64,000 nucleotides of DNA, taken from the NCBI GenBank assembly GCA_964483665.1, contig CAZACP010000001.1:70358-134357 (forward strand), given 5' to 3'. Shown in pieces: positions 9,314-18,609 of the stretch; positions within the stretch are counted from its first letter, which is position 1, and every line of letters starts with the position of its first letter. Under the pieces are notes generated by a model, which was not told the DNA's origin, ran no database searches, and was given only the letters and a program-made list of their open reading frames with translations. This DNA comes from an uncultured Candidatus Saccharibacteria bacterium (GTDB lineage: Bacteria > Patescibacteriota > Doudnabacteria > UBA920). The position numbers and the translations under genes were made by a program.

Positions 9314-9508
9314 CTATTGCAAATAAATGCTAGTTTTTCTAACTTGTTCTAAGTCTTTGTTGGTTATAGGTTTTGTACTCATTAGGATTCTTCTGTCATC
9401 TACAGTCTCAAAATATAACTTCGTGCCCGGGACTATATTCATGCTTTTTCTGAGTCCCGGAGGCAAAGTTATTCGGTTTTGGGAATTTATTTTTAAATTA
9501 TAGTACAT
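9314..9508 (-). CDS. AbrB/MazE/SpoVT family DNA-binding protein
   Basis: KINSQNRITLPPGLRKSMNIVPGTKLYF swapped-hairpin pattern. Confidence 0.75.
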   Translation of the reverse strand: MYYNLKINSQNRITLPPGLRKSMNIVPGTKLYFETVDDRRILMSTKPITNKDLEQVRKTSIYLQ

Positions 9509-9559
9509 AAATTTTTTGTTTAGTTTCTATTATTTTACTATAATTTAGTTCCCTAAACA

Positions 9560-9591
9560 AGATGGGAGTCTTCTATAGAAGACTCCCATCT
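9560..9591. repeat. Perfect 32-bp palindrome
   Basis: AGATGGGAGTCTTCTA|TAGAAGACTCCCATCT just after the rpmG stop. Confidence 0.85.
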
Positions 9592-9595
9592 AAGT

Positions 9596-9763
9596 TTACT
9601 TAGTTTCTTTATGTAACTGCATTTTCTTGCAGAACTTGCAGAATTTTTTTAGTTCAAGCCTTTTGCGTTTTTGGGCGCCCAGGCTTTTTTTATTGCGCTT
9701 GGTTTGGTAATTTAAATTATGGCAAACCGTGCATTCCATATTTATAAGATGGTCTTGGGACAT
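9596..9763 (-). CDS. rpmG: 50S ribosomal protein L33 (Zn-binding form)
   Basis: Manual translation [26 protein letters not shown]...[21 protein letters not shown]. Confidence 0.95.
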   Translation of the reverse strand: MSQDHLINMECTVCHNLNYQTKRNKKSLGAQKRKRLELKKFCKFCKKMQLHKETK

Positions 9764-9937
9764 AGAGTTAAAATTACTTTTAACAATTAACGATTAACTA
9801 TTGACTTAAGCAAGGTTAATTGTGAATTGTAAATTGTTAATTGTTTGAATTTAAATCCCCTGGGCGTCAGGGAATCTTGTTTACATCGTTTGATCCTAAA
9901 AACGATGCGCTCGCACTGCGTAGCTTTAGCGAAGCAG

Positions 9938-10013
9938 TGGAGCCGGCTGCCAGACTCGAACTGGCCACCTACGGTTTACAAAACCGTTGCTCTACCGGAT
10001 GAGCTAAGCCGGC
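9938..10013 (-). tRNA. tRNA-Thr(TGT)
   Basis: Cloverleaf; ACGGT-TTTGTAA-ACCGT; ends TCCA. Confidence 0.95.
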
Positions 10014-10149
10014 ACAAATGATCCGCTAGGCGGACAATATCACCAAATGTGACTTTGAATATTTTAACATAAATCAAATAAAATATCAATATTTAAGGTG
10101 CATTTTGCCTTTTTTTCTGTTATAATAGCTAAAAGCCTTCAAAAACTTA

Positions 10150-10593
10150 ATGACCAAAAGTTTTTATATTATTATAAAAGCCCCTATTGAAAGGGTTTTT
10201 GATGCGGTCGACAAGGAAGAAAATATTAAAAAGTGGATGGGTGGTTTGCTCAAAACGGAGTACAAAAGTTTAAAGGATGCGGAAAATCCGGTTGGCACCA
10301 AGTTTTTGCATAAAATATCGGGTTTGGCTGAAATTGAAGGAGAAGTTATAGCTTACCAAAAGCCGGTGTTGCTCGGCGTTGGACAGCATTATAAAAATGT
10401 CAGCGGTACGGTTTTTTACCACTTTAAACCTTTAGAAGACCAAAGTACGGAAATTAAATGCGACCTTGAAGTATTTGAAGGAAGCGCAGTAAAAACACTT
10501 TTAGTTAAATCCTTGTTTCCCCTTTTTGAAACTTTAATACAGCGCCAGTTAGACGGAATAAAAGCAATCGCGGAAAATGAAGATAATAATTAA
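10150..10593 (+). CDS. SRPBCC/START domain protein
   Basis: IIIKAPIERVFDAV...KKW N-terminal pattern and C-terminal helix. Confidence 0.75.
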   Translation: MTKSFYIIIKAPIERVFDAVDKEENIKKWMGGLLKTEYKSLKDAENPVGTKFLHKISGLAEIEGEVIAYQKPVLLGVGQHYKNVSGTVFYHFKPLEDQSTEIKCDLEVFEGSAVKTLLVKSLFPLFETLIQRQLDGIKAIAENEDNN

Positions 10594-10626
10594 ATTATAA
10601 ATAATTAAAATATTAGATATTTAGCT

Positions 10627-11886
10627 ATGACAAAGTTTAAAGTAAAAGACCAGTCTTTAGCCAAGCAAGGCAAAATGAAAATCGCTTTAGCGGAAAAGGA
10701 AATGCCGGTTTTGGAAATTATTAAAAATAGTTTTAAAAAAGAGCAGCCGTTTAAGGACTTAACAATTGCGGCATGTTTGCACGTAACCAAAGAGACCGCG
10801 GTTTTAATGAAGGTTTTAAAAGCCGGCGGGGCTACAGTGGCTTTGTGCGGTAGTAATCCCCTTTCCACCCAGGACGACGTAGCCGCCGCGCTTGTGGAAG
10901 AAGGTATAAACGTTTTTGCCTGGCGCGGCATAACAGACGAAAAGTACTATTGGTGTGTAAATAAAGTTTTAGACTTTCACCCACAAATTATAGTAGACGA
11001 CGGCGCGGACTTAATTTCGGTTTTGCATAAAGAGCGTAAGAGCCAGCTTAAGGAAATTTTTTCCGGCCAGGAAGAAACTACTACCGGAGTTATTCGCCTT
11101 AAGGCTATGGCCAAAGACGGCAAATTAAAATTTCCTGTAGTGGCTATAAACGACACGCCTACCAAGCATATGTTTGACAATTATTACGGCACCGGACAGT
11201 CCACTTTAGACAGCCTGTTTAGGGCGACCAATATTTTGTTTGCCGGCAAAACCGTGGTTGTGGCAGGCTACGGCTATTGCGGCAAAGGCATAGCGCTTAG
11301 GGCTAAAGGTATGGGCGCAAAGGTAATCGTAACTGAAATAGATCCTTTGCCGGCGCTGCAAGCCGCCATGGACGGTTTTGAAGTTATGCCAATGCTTAGG
11401 GCCGCCAAGCTTGGCGATGTATTTATAACCGTAACCGGCAATAAAGATGTAATTGTCAAAGAGCATATTGCTGTTATGAAAGACGGCGCAATTTTAGGCA
11501 ATAGCGGACACTTTAATGTGGAAATAAATGAGAAACATCTGCAGCAGTTAGCGGTAAGCAGTAAGCAGGTAAGAGATAATTTAATGGAATATTCGCAAAA
11601 AGATGGCAGAAAAATTTATTTAATTGGTGAAGGCAGGCTTATGAACCTAGCCGCTGCTGAAGGCCACCCTAGCGCGGTTATGGACTTAAGTTTTGCCGAC
11701 CAGGCTCTAATGTGCGAATGGCTTTCTAAGAACTATCAACATTTAGAAAAAGGCAAAGTGTTAGACGTGCCCAAAGAAGTGGATGAAAAAGTTTCAAGGC
11801 TTAAGCTGCAAGCTATGAACGTAAAAATAGACGAGCTAACTCCGGCGCAGAAAAAGTACTTGGCATCATGGACAGAAGGCACATAA
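10627..11886 (+). CDS. ahcY: Adenosylhomocysteinase (short form)
   Basis: ACLHVTKETA, SNPLSTQD, EETTTG, KHMFDNYYGTGQS, GRLMNLAAAEGHP. Confidence 0.97.
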   Translation: MTKFKVKDQSLAKQGKMKIALAEKEMPVLEIIKNSFKKEQPFKDLTIAACLHVTKETAVLMKVLKAGGATVALCGSNPLSTQDDVAAALVEEGINVFAWRGITDEKYYWCVNKVLDFHPQIIVDDGADLISVLHKERKSQLKEIFSGQEETTTGVIRLKAMAKDGKLKFPVVAINDTPTKHMFDNYYGTGQSTLDSLFRATNILFAGKTVVVAGYGYCGKGIALRAKGMGAKVIVTEIDPLPALQAAMDGFEVMPMLRAAKLGDVFITVTGNKDVIVKEHIAVMKDGAILGNSGHFNVEINEKHLQQLAVSSKQVRDNLMEYSQKDGRKIYLIGEGRLMNLAAAEGHPSAVMDLSFADQALMCEWLSKNYQHLEKGKVLDVPKEVDEKVSRLKLQAMNVKIDELTPAQKKYLASWTEGT

Positions 11887-11946
11887 ACAAGCTTTTAGGT
11901 ATTAGGAGTTAAGTTTAAATTATAAAAAAATAATCAGCAGCTTAAT

Positions 11947-11979
11947 AAAAACAACCCTGAAGTATTCAGGGTTGTTTTT
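11947..11979. terminator. Bidirectional terminator between ahcY and tRNA-Tyr
   Basis: AAAAACAACCCTGAA-GTA-TTCAGGGTTGTTTTT. Confidence 0.85.
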
Positions 11980-11980
11980 A

Positions 11981-12067
11981 TGGTGGGCAGGATAGGATTC
12001 GAACCTATGAAGGCGTAAAGCCAACTGATTTACAGTCAGTCGCGTTTGACCACTTCGCTACCTGCCC
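11981..12067 (-). tRNA. tRNA-Tyr(GTA)
   Basis: Cloverleaf with long variable arm; ACTGA-CTGTAAA-TCAGT; ends ACCA. Confidence 0.95.
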
Positions 12068-12162
12068 TTACATTAAATTTTCACTTTGTTAATGATAACA
12101 ATTTTAGACAAAAAAATCAATGCCTGCCGGCTACTTACTACCCGCTACCTACTACTTACTAC

Positions 12163-14013
12163 CTACGTTATTTTCTCAAAGTTTAATCTTAGCGCATTCA
12201 AAATTACTGCCACGTCTAAAGCTTCCTGAAAAATTGCGCCTAAGATTGGCGGAATAAAGCCAAGCGAAGCTATGAACATTAAAATTATACTTACTCCCAT
12301 GCCCACAAATATACTTTGCTTGGCAAGACTAAGAGCCCGTTGGCCAATATGCAGCGCGTCGTGCACGCGTACCATATTGTTTTGGGTTATTACTACATCG
12401 GCAGCTTCTGAAGCGGCGCTGGAGCCATGCGCTCCCATGGCTATGCCGACTTCGGCGGCCGCAAGCGCGGGAGCGTCGTTAATGCCATCGCCCACCATAA
12501 CTACCGGCCTTTCCGACGTCGGCAATTCTTTTACTACCTTGACTTTGTTTTCCGGCAGCATTTCGGCTAAGAAGTTTTTCAGACCAATTTCTTTGGCAAT
12601 TTTTTCTGCCACGGCTTTTTTGTCCCCGGTAAGCATAAGGATTTTTTGAATTTTGTGTTCCCCTATTTTAGCAAACACATCTTTCATTTCCGGACGAATA
12701 ACATCGGCAAAAATTACATAACCAAGCAGCGCGTTGTTGGTAGCAGACCCTAAATACACGGGTATTTCACCCAAGCTTTCTTCAGTTTCGCGGTGGTGTT
12801 TTTCTTTTTCAGAAATTTTTATGCCTTGGTCTTCTAAATATTTTAATCTCCCGAATATATAATCAGTAGAATTTATCCTGCCTTTCACGCCATTGCCTAA
12901 ATTTTCGGCAAAATTTTCCGGGTAGTATAAATTTAATTTATCTTTGCGGGCGTGTTCGATTAGTGAGCGTGCGAAAATATGGCTGGAAAGCTGGTCTAAA
13001 GATGCGGCAAAATGCAAAACATCTTTCTCCTGAAAGCCATTGAACGCTTTAACTCCCACTACACGGGGGGTGCCTAAGGTCAAAGTACCTGTTTTGTCAA
13101 AAACGAAAGTCTTGGCTTCGCCCAAAATTTCCAAAGCCGAGCCGTTTTTTATTACAATCCCCCGGCTGGCTGCTTTGCTTATGCCCGACATCATGGCAAT
13201 GGGTGTGGCAAGAATTAAAGGACAGGGCGTTGCCACAACCAATACGGCCAAAAATCTTATTGGTTCCTGCGTTAACAGCCAGGCGCCTATGGCAATTACT
13301 AAGGTTATTGCGGTAAACCAGCCGGCGTAGCGATCGGCAAGCCTTACTACCGGCGATTTTTCTTCCTGGGCTTGCTTAACCAAATTTACAATTTTTTGGT
13401 ACTGGCTTTCTTTTGCTTCATGCGTAGCCCACATTATAAAAGCCCGATCTTTGTTTAAACTTCCGGAAAAGACCACGTTCCCGGTTTGTTTTAAAACCGG
13501 CAAGCTTTCGCCGGTTATGGCGGCTTCGTCTACGTTACTTTCGCCTTCCGCGACTATACCGTCGGTCGGAATAATTTCTCCGGGCTTAACTACCAATATA
13601 TTTCCAATTTTAACCTGACCGGCTTCAATGTCTTTTAATTCGTTGTCTTTTTTTAAATGCGCTACTGAAGGCGCGCGGGAAAGCAAATTGGTCAGTTCGC
13701 GTTTAGCGCGGTTAAGAGCATAAATTTCCAGCGCTTCGCCGCCGGAAAGCATAAGCAGTATTACGCAGCCGGCTAAATATTGGGCCTGAACAAAAGAAGT
13801 TACAATGGCTAAAATGGCAATTAAATCCACCCCAAATTCGCCTTTTAAAAGAGCTCTAAAAATTTTTACCGCAAGAGGGATGGTTCCGATTGTTAAAGTG
13901 ACCATTAAAATAATATGGTCAGCGTCTTTGTGGCCCAATAAATATAATACCCCAAATATTATTAATCCGGACAAAACCAAAGCCGGAATAATATATTCGT
14001 AAACTTTTTTCAT
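12163..14013 (-). CDS. Heavy-metal P1B-type ATPase (P1B-5-like)
   Basis: TGES, TPCP, DKTGT, GDGINDAP and last-TM QEALD. Confidence 0.9.
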   Translation of the reverse strand: MKKVYEYIIPALVLSGLIIFGVLYLLGHKDADHIILMVTLTIGTIPLAVKIFRALLKGEFGVDLIAILAIVTSFVQAQYLAGCVILLMLSGGEALEIYALNRAKRELTNLLSRAPSVAHLKKDNELKDIEAGQVKIGNILVVKPGEIIPTDGIVAEGESNVDEAAITGESLPVLKQTGNVVFSGSLNKDRAFIMWATHEAKESQYQKIVNLVKQAQEEKSPVVRLADRYAGWFTAITLVIAIGAWLLTQEPIRFLAVLVVATPCPLILATPIAMMSGISKAASRGIVIKNGSALEILGEAKTFVFDKTGTLTLGTPRVVGVKAFNGFQEKDVLHFAASLDQLSSHIFARSLIEHARKDKLNLYYPENFAENLGNGVKGRINSTDYIFGRLKYLEDQGIKISEKEKHHRETEESLGEIPVYLGSATNNALLGYVIFADVIRPEMKDVFAKIGEHKIQKILMLTGDKKAVAEKIAKEIGLKNFLAEMLPENKVKVVKELPTSERPVVMVGDGINDAPALAAAEVGIAMGAHGSSAASEAADVVITQNNMVRVHDALHIGQRALSLAKQSIFVGMGVSIILMFIASLGFIPPILGAIFQEALDVAVILNALRLNFEKIT

Positions 14014-14023
14014 AGCAAAAATT

Positions 14024-14665
14024 TTAATTTTGGGATTTTAAACCAAAAAGTTTTTTGATTCCTAAAATTAAACTATCACGTGTCGGCTTGTTTCGCAAAA
14101 TTTGCCAAATGTTCGGCGCTATGGAAAGGATTATTATCCCAGCTACTATTGGTAGTAAGTAGCGGTCTATATTCGGTACCGTGTGGCCGAGTATGTAGCC
14201 TAAAAAAGTTAAGCCCACGGCCCATAACAAGCCGCCTATGACGTTAAAAAATAAAAAGGTTGGGTACTTCATTTTTCCTACCCCGGCTAGAATTGGGGCA
14301 AAAGTGCGCACCACGGGCACAAAGCGGGCAATAATTATGGTTTTGCCCCCGTGCTTTTCAAAAAATTCTTGCGCCTTTAAAATGTGGGACTTGTGGAAAA
14401 ACAAAGAATCTTCTTTGGTAAAAATTTTTGGGCCCATTCTTTGGCCGAACGCGTAGCCTACGCTGTCGCCCGTAACGGCCGCTACAAACAAAAGCGGCAT
14501 TAAAACCCAAATATTTAAAAATCCCTGCGAGGCCAAAAAACCGGCGGTAAACAAAAGGCTGTCGCCCGGCAAGAAAAAGCCAATTAATAATCCGGACTCT
14601 GCAAAAACAATGGCGAATAAGCCAATATACCCGGCAGTTTTAATTAAAGAAATTAAATCAAACAT
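14024..14665 (-). CDS. DedA family protein
   Basis: FAESGLLIGFFLPGDSLLF, ARFVPVVRTF. Confidence 0.93.
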   Translation of the reverse strand: MFDLISLIKTAGYIGLFAIVFAESGLLIGFFLPGDSLLFTAGFLASQGFLNIWVLMPLLFVAAVTGDSVGYAFGQRMGPKIFTKEDSLFFHKSHILKAQEFFEKHGGKTIIIARFVPVVRTFAPILAGVGKMKYPTFLFFNVIGGLLWAVGLTFLGYILGHTVPNIDRYLLPIVAGIIILSIAPNIWQILRNKPTRDSLILGIKKLFGLKSQN

Positions 14666-14692
14666 AACCGTAACAGTATAGCAATTATTTGC

Positions 14693-15430
14693 TTATTTAG
14701 CCATATATTTAAGTTTTAATTTTTGATCTAATCTTTCTATAGAGTACCGCAGCATGGTTCTCGGCATTCGATGCGCATTTTGGTCTAAAAATTTAAGCAA
14801 TAAGGTTTTTGAACAACGTTTGCCGACTTCCCTTAGCATCCAACCCGCTGCTTTATGAATAAGGTCGTGCTTGTCGTTTATTAATAGTCTTGATATTTTT
14901 AATGTCCAGGCGGGATCGCCATAATAAACAAAATCAAAAGTAGAAAGAACCGCAATTCTGCGCTCCCATAAATTTTTTGATTTAGCAAGTTTTAATAAAA
15001 CGGACTTATTTTTATTTCTCAGGCATGCCCCGACAATTTTGGGAGCTGTTAAGTCTACTAAATCCCAATTATTAATATATTTGGTGTGGTTTAAATAAAA
15101 TTTATAAATATCCCTCGGCGTCATTCTGAGGCCAAGGGCATCCGAGGCCGAAGAATCTTTGCCAAGGACATCAAGCCATTTGACTAAAATAAGTAATCCA
15201 ATCAGCCTTTCTTCGTGCCAAGGGCTTTTGATTAATTCATCAACTTCTTTAAGCGAAAGGTTTTGCCAGTACTTTTTTATTAAAGCACGGGACTTTGGTA
15301 CCATTATTCCTAAAAATTTGTCGCCTTGGGCATACTCCCCTTTCCCGGTTTTAAAAAACCGCTGTAAAAGTCTGGCCTTAACAGGGTTTTTTAATTTATA
15401 TAGATCTTGCCGAAGCTGAGTTAAGCTCAT
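14693..15430 (-). CDS. DNA alkylation repair protein (AlkD-like)
   Basis: FFKTGKGEYA, NNWDLVD, WERR, KAAGWMLRE. Confidence 0.9.
   Translation of the reverse strand: MSLTQLRQDLYKLKNPVKARLLQRFFKTGKGEYAQGDKFLGIMVPKSRALIKKYWQNLSLKEVDELIKSPWHEERLIGLLILVKWLDVLGKDSSASDALGLRMTPRDIYKFYLNHTKYINNWDLVDLTAPKIVGACLRNKNKSVLLKLAKSKNLWERRIAVLSTFDFVYYGDPAWTLKISRLLINDKHDLIHKAAGWMLREVGKRCSKTLLLKFLDQNAHRMPRTMLRYSIERLDQKLKLKYMAK
15120..15158. repeat. REP-like element in frame in the AlkD-like gene
   Basis: GTCATTCTGAGG...CCGAAGAATCT encodes KDSSASDALGLRMT. Confidence 0.7.
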
Positions 15431-16482
15431 TTAGTAAAGGTAGTAACAAGCATTAAAGCAAAGAGAATAAGGAAAATTAAAAGCAGGGCAAATACTACTG
15501 CGCTGGAAACCTCGGGTTTGTTAAAGTTTCTAACCAGCTCATTGCCGACCTTTTGCAAGAGGTTTGGGCTTGATTTTTTTGCTTCATCTGTTAAGGCATT
15601 TATTGAGCCTGCCATAGAAGGCAGCTTGCCGCTTAATTGGCTGATTATAAAATTAATATATTGTTTTAATTGCTCTAAATTCCCCTTGTTTTTAATTATA
15701 TTGTTGCTATAAATATAGAGTTTGGTGCCTACAAAGTCTAAGTTGTAGTTTTTGTAACTCTGGTAAATTTTATTTAAAAATTCCGGGGTAAAAATTTGCA
15801 GGGCTTCGATTTCAAACTTGTTTTCCGCGTACAAAGAAAAATGCTTTTCTAGTTCTTCCGGCAGACTGATTTTGCTTACCTTGTTAATATTGTTGTTGGA
15901 AAGGTCGTCGCCAAAATATTGCCTATCGACCAGCAAAACCATGGAGGGTACGGCTGTTTTAAAGTCTATACTCCAAACCGTTGAACTGTACGACCTAGAG
16001 CTTTTTCCGCTGCCAACAGTGTAGTAGAAGTTAAAAAGTGAAACCGGAAAGCCGTTTATTTCCCCTTGTATATAGTCGTTAATTTTTTCTGAGTGACCGA
16101 CTTTAAACAGCGCGCCGGTTTCTCTGTCCGGCGAAGAAGTTGGCTTATAGCTAAAGCCGTTTGCAGTGGCAAACTGTTTGTAAAATTCCTTTAAAAGCTT
16201 GTTTTGAATCCCCGCCAGCAATCCAAAATATACTATAATCGGTAAAAACAAAATAAATAACGACCTCGGTTCTTCCGCAATAATTCCCTGGCCAAATATT
16301 AAATACAAAGCAAAAATATAAAAAGCCGCAGTTATAAAAACTGCCGGCCGATAATAATTTTTATATTTTATTTTAAAGTATTGTAGCGCGCTCTGGTCAA
16401 CATCAACAATATTTTGGGGAATTATAAACCCGGCTCCGTCCTGGTAATTTTTAAACAGATTTTGTTCGTTTGATGTCGCCAT
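15427..16482 (-). CDS. Membrane protein (DUF3137-like)
   Basis: Two N-terminal TMs, YYTVGSGKSSRSY segment, C-terminal TM. Confidence 0.6.
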   Translation of the reverse strand: MATSNEQNLFKNYQDGAGFIIPQNIVDVDQSALQYFKIKYKNYYRPAVFITAAFYIFALYLIFGQGIIAEEPRSLFILFLPIIVYFGLLAGIQNKLLKEFYKQFATANGFSYKPTSSPDRETGALFKVGHSEKINDYIQGEINGFPVSLFNFYYTVGSGKSSRSYSSTVWSIDFKTAVPSMVLLVDRQYFGDDLSNNNINKVSKISLPEELEKHFSLYAENKFEIEALQIFTPEFLNKIYQSYKNYNLDFVGTKLYIYSNNIIKNKGNLEQLKQYINFIISQLSGKLPSMAGSINALTDEAKKSSPNLLQKVGNELVRNFNKPEVSSAVVFALLLIFLILFALMLVTTFTK

Positions 16483-16483
16483 A

Positions 16484-17065
16484 TTATGAAAACATTTCGT
16501 TGATTAGTTCCGAAATCCCTAGTCTGTCTTTTGCTGATAACGGAATTATTTTATAATCGCCCGCTGCTTCTCTTATGCCTTTAAGCTTGTTTGAAACCTC
16601 GTTCTTTTTTAGTTTGTCTATTTTATTGGCGACAATTATAACGTTTTTCCCCTCCTGCTCTAAGCTATGCAGCATTTGAAAGTCTGTTTCCGTTATGCCA
16701 ACAACGGAATCAATAATTAAAACCACTTTTTTTTGCGCGTAGTGAGAGCCAAATAAATACCAATGAATAAGCGTTTGAAGCCGCGCTTGGTCTGTTTTAG
16801 AAGCCTTGGCGTAACCATAGCCCGGCAAATCCAGCAAATAAATTTTGTTTTTGCCGGAGACGCTTAGTAAAAACAGGTTAATTTGCTGTGTGCGGCCGGG
16901 AAATGAACTGGTTTTTGCCAGGTCTTTTTGCCCGGTAATGGCATTTATTATGCTGGATTTTCCAACATTAGACCGGCCAATTAAAGCTACTTGGGGGGTT
17001 TGGTCTTCCAAACTTTCGTCTTCGCTTACTAGCCCTTTCAGAAATTTAGCGGAAGTTATATACAT
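16484..17065 (-). CDS. engB: GTP-binding protein EngB/YihA
   Basis: GRSNVGKSS, PGRTQ, DLPGYG, NKID. Confidence 0.95.
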   Translation of the reverse strand: MYITSAKFLKGLVSEDESLEDQTPQVALIGRSNVGKSSIINAITGQKDLAKTSSFPGRTQQINLFLLSVSGKNKIYLLDLPGYGYAKASKTDQARLQTLIHWYLFGSHYAQKKVVLIIDSVVGITETDFQMLHSLEQEGKNVIIVANKIDKLKKNEVSNKLKGIREAAGDYKIIPLSAKDRLGISELINEMFS

Positions 17066-17070
17066 TTAGA

Positions 17071-17940
17071 TTATATGGTTACCGCTTGTCTTAAAATATT
17101 TTTGCGCGGCAAGAAACAGGTGTTGCAGCAAATTACTTTGGTCGAGGGTCTGGTGGAATCATCGTTGTAAAATTCTTCACAAGGGGTCTGGCAATACAGG
17201 CATTTGCCTATAATTTCCCTATTTTTGACTTTTGTTACCGTGGTGGTCATTCGGTTGTCAAAAACAAACAGGGAACCTTTAAAATGCTTGCCCGGATATT
17301 TTTGCATATAGGTATGTATCCCGTCTTTGAGCTGGTAAAGGTTCTGAAAGCCTTTTTCTTTTAAAAAGCAGGTGGCTTTTTCACAGCGTATGCCGCCGGT
17401 GCAGACGGCGACAACTTTTTTATTTTTTAAATGCCCTATGCTCTTAAGCTTTTGGGGCAACTCCCTAAAGTTTTGCAAATTTGGATGTACGGTTTTTTCA
17501 AATTGCCCGACATTTATTTCAAAATCGTTGCGCAAGTCTAAAACCACAAAATCTTCATTTTTTGTGTATAATTTTTCCAGCTCCGAAGCGGTCAGTGTTT
17601 TGGCAGTCTGTTTTTTAACATTGTAGGTTTTGCCTAAAGTCACCACCTCGCTTCGTACCTTTACCTGAAGTTTAGTAAAAGCTTTCCCCGTGCCTTTGCT
17701 TTCTTTAAACATAACGTCTTTAAAAAGAGGTAATTTTCTAAAAGCCCGTTTAAATTTTTTTATATTTCCATCAAGACCTTCCAAGGTTGCGTTTATCCCT
17801 TCTTTGGCAATAAGCACGCGTCCTTTTAAGTTTAAAGAGCCGCACAGCGCTTTTTGGGTTTTAAGCAGAGCTTTTGGGTTTTTAATTGCAGCGAACTTGT
17901 AAAAGAGTATAACAGTGTAGTTTTTTTTAGGTGTAGCCAT
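17071..17940 (-). CDS. trhO: Rhodanese-related tRNA uridine(34) hydroxylase (YceA family)
   Basis: LKGRVLIAKEGINAT, DLRNDFE, CTGGIRCEKA, GSLFVFDNR. Confidence 0.88.
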   Translation of the reverse strand: MATPKKNYTVILFYKFAAIKNPKALLKTQKALCGSLNLKGRVLIAKEGINATLEGLDGNIKKFKRAFRKLPLFKDVMFKESKGTGKAFTKLQVKVRSEVVTLGKTYNVKKQTAKTLTASELEKLYTKNEDFVVLDLRNDFEINVGQFEKTVHPNLQNFRELPQKLKSIGHLKNKKVVAVCTGGIRCEKATCFLKEKGFQNLYQLKDGIHTYMQKYPGKHFKGSLFVFDNRMTTTVTKVKNREIIGKCLYCQTPCEEFYNDDSTRPSTKVICCNTCFLPRKNILRQAVTI

Positions 17941-17947
17941 TGAATTA

Positions 17948-18226
17948 TTAAAAATTTTTACTTAGTAAATACAACAGAGCGATTTGCTGTATTAGCATAA
18001 GCCCTATTCCGACCGGAAAATACACCTTGCGGGTTTTGTGGTGAAATACGAATATGCCCAAAAATACGCCTAATGAGCCAAATAGCACGGCCAGTAAAAA
18101 AAATAATACTTCCGGCGACCGTTCGCCCTGTTCAAAACTTTTTTTCTTGTCAAAGCCGACTAAAGCAAAGGAAAAAATGTTTATTGCTGCCAAAGCCGGC
18201 CAAAGTAGAAATAGCGGATTTTCCAT
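17948..18226 (-). CDS. DUF1294 family membrane protein
   Basis: GFDKKK...RSPE...GSLG...FHHKTRK. Confidence 0.85.
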   Translation of the reverse strand: MENPLFLLWPALAAINIFSFALVGFDKKKSFEQGERSPEVLFFLLAVLFGSLGVFLGIFVFHHKTRKVYFPVGIGLMLIQQIALLYLLSKNF

Positions 18227-18308
18227 ATGCAAGTTTAATATTTTTGCATCTTAATTATACCACTTTGGCGTAATCTTGCTGGCTTTTTCAAAATAAAATC
18301 CAATAATC

Positions 18309-18494
18309 TGGGGCCCCTACGCTTTTACTTGTCTATTAACAAAAGGTCGGGGCAGGCCGTTGTCCGGGATTGAACCGGAGACCTTCTCCTTACCATGCCC
18401 CGACGCCTGCGGGTCGGGGTAAAGAGATGCTCTACCAGCCCCGACGCCTGCGGTTCGGGGCTCCGACTCCCTAAAGGGGCGTCGGAGCTGAGCT
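18309..18494 (-). pseudogene. Duplicated tRNA-Thr(GGT) interrupted by four hairpins and lacking the 5' acceptor strand
   Basis: Segments 18356-18397, 18424-18438 and 18488-18494 match the intact tRNA, separated by GC(C/T)CCGAC...(G/T)TCGG(G/A)GC-type hairpins. Confidence 0.85.
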
Positions 18495-18520
18495 TTAAGT
18501 AATTAAAATAAACATTTTCC

Positions 18521-18596
18521 TGGAGCCGTTGTCCGGGATTGAACCGGAGACCTTCTCCTTACCATGGAGATGCTCTACCAGCTGAGCTACAACGGC
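18521..18596 (-). tRNA. tRNA-Thr(GGT)
   Basis: Cloverleaf; TCTCC-ATGGTAA-GGAGA; ends TCCA. Confidence 0.95.
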
Positions 18597-18609
18597 GTGG
18601 GGAAAATGT

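Noticed and set aside
9314-9508. Toxin-antitoxin pair
   Set aside because: The AbrB/MazE-like gene has no adjacent toxin; its neighbours are rpmG and tRNA-Trp
18309-18494. Functional intron-containing tRNA or prophage att site
   Set aside because: The 5' acceptor strand is missing, inserts are too small for self-splicing, no integrase is present, and only 26 bp separate the copies
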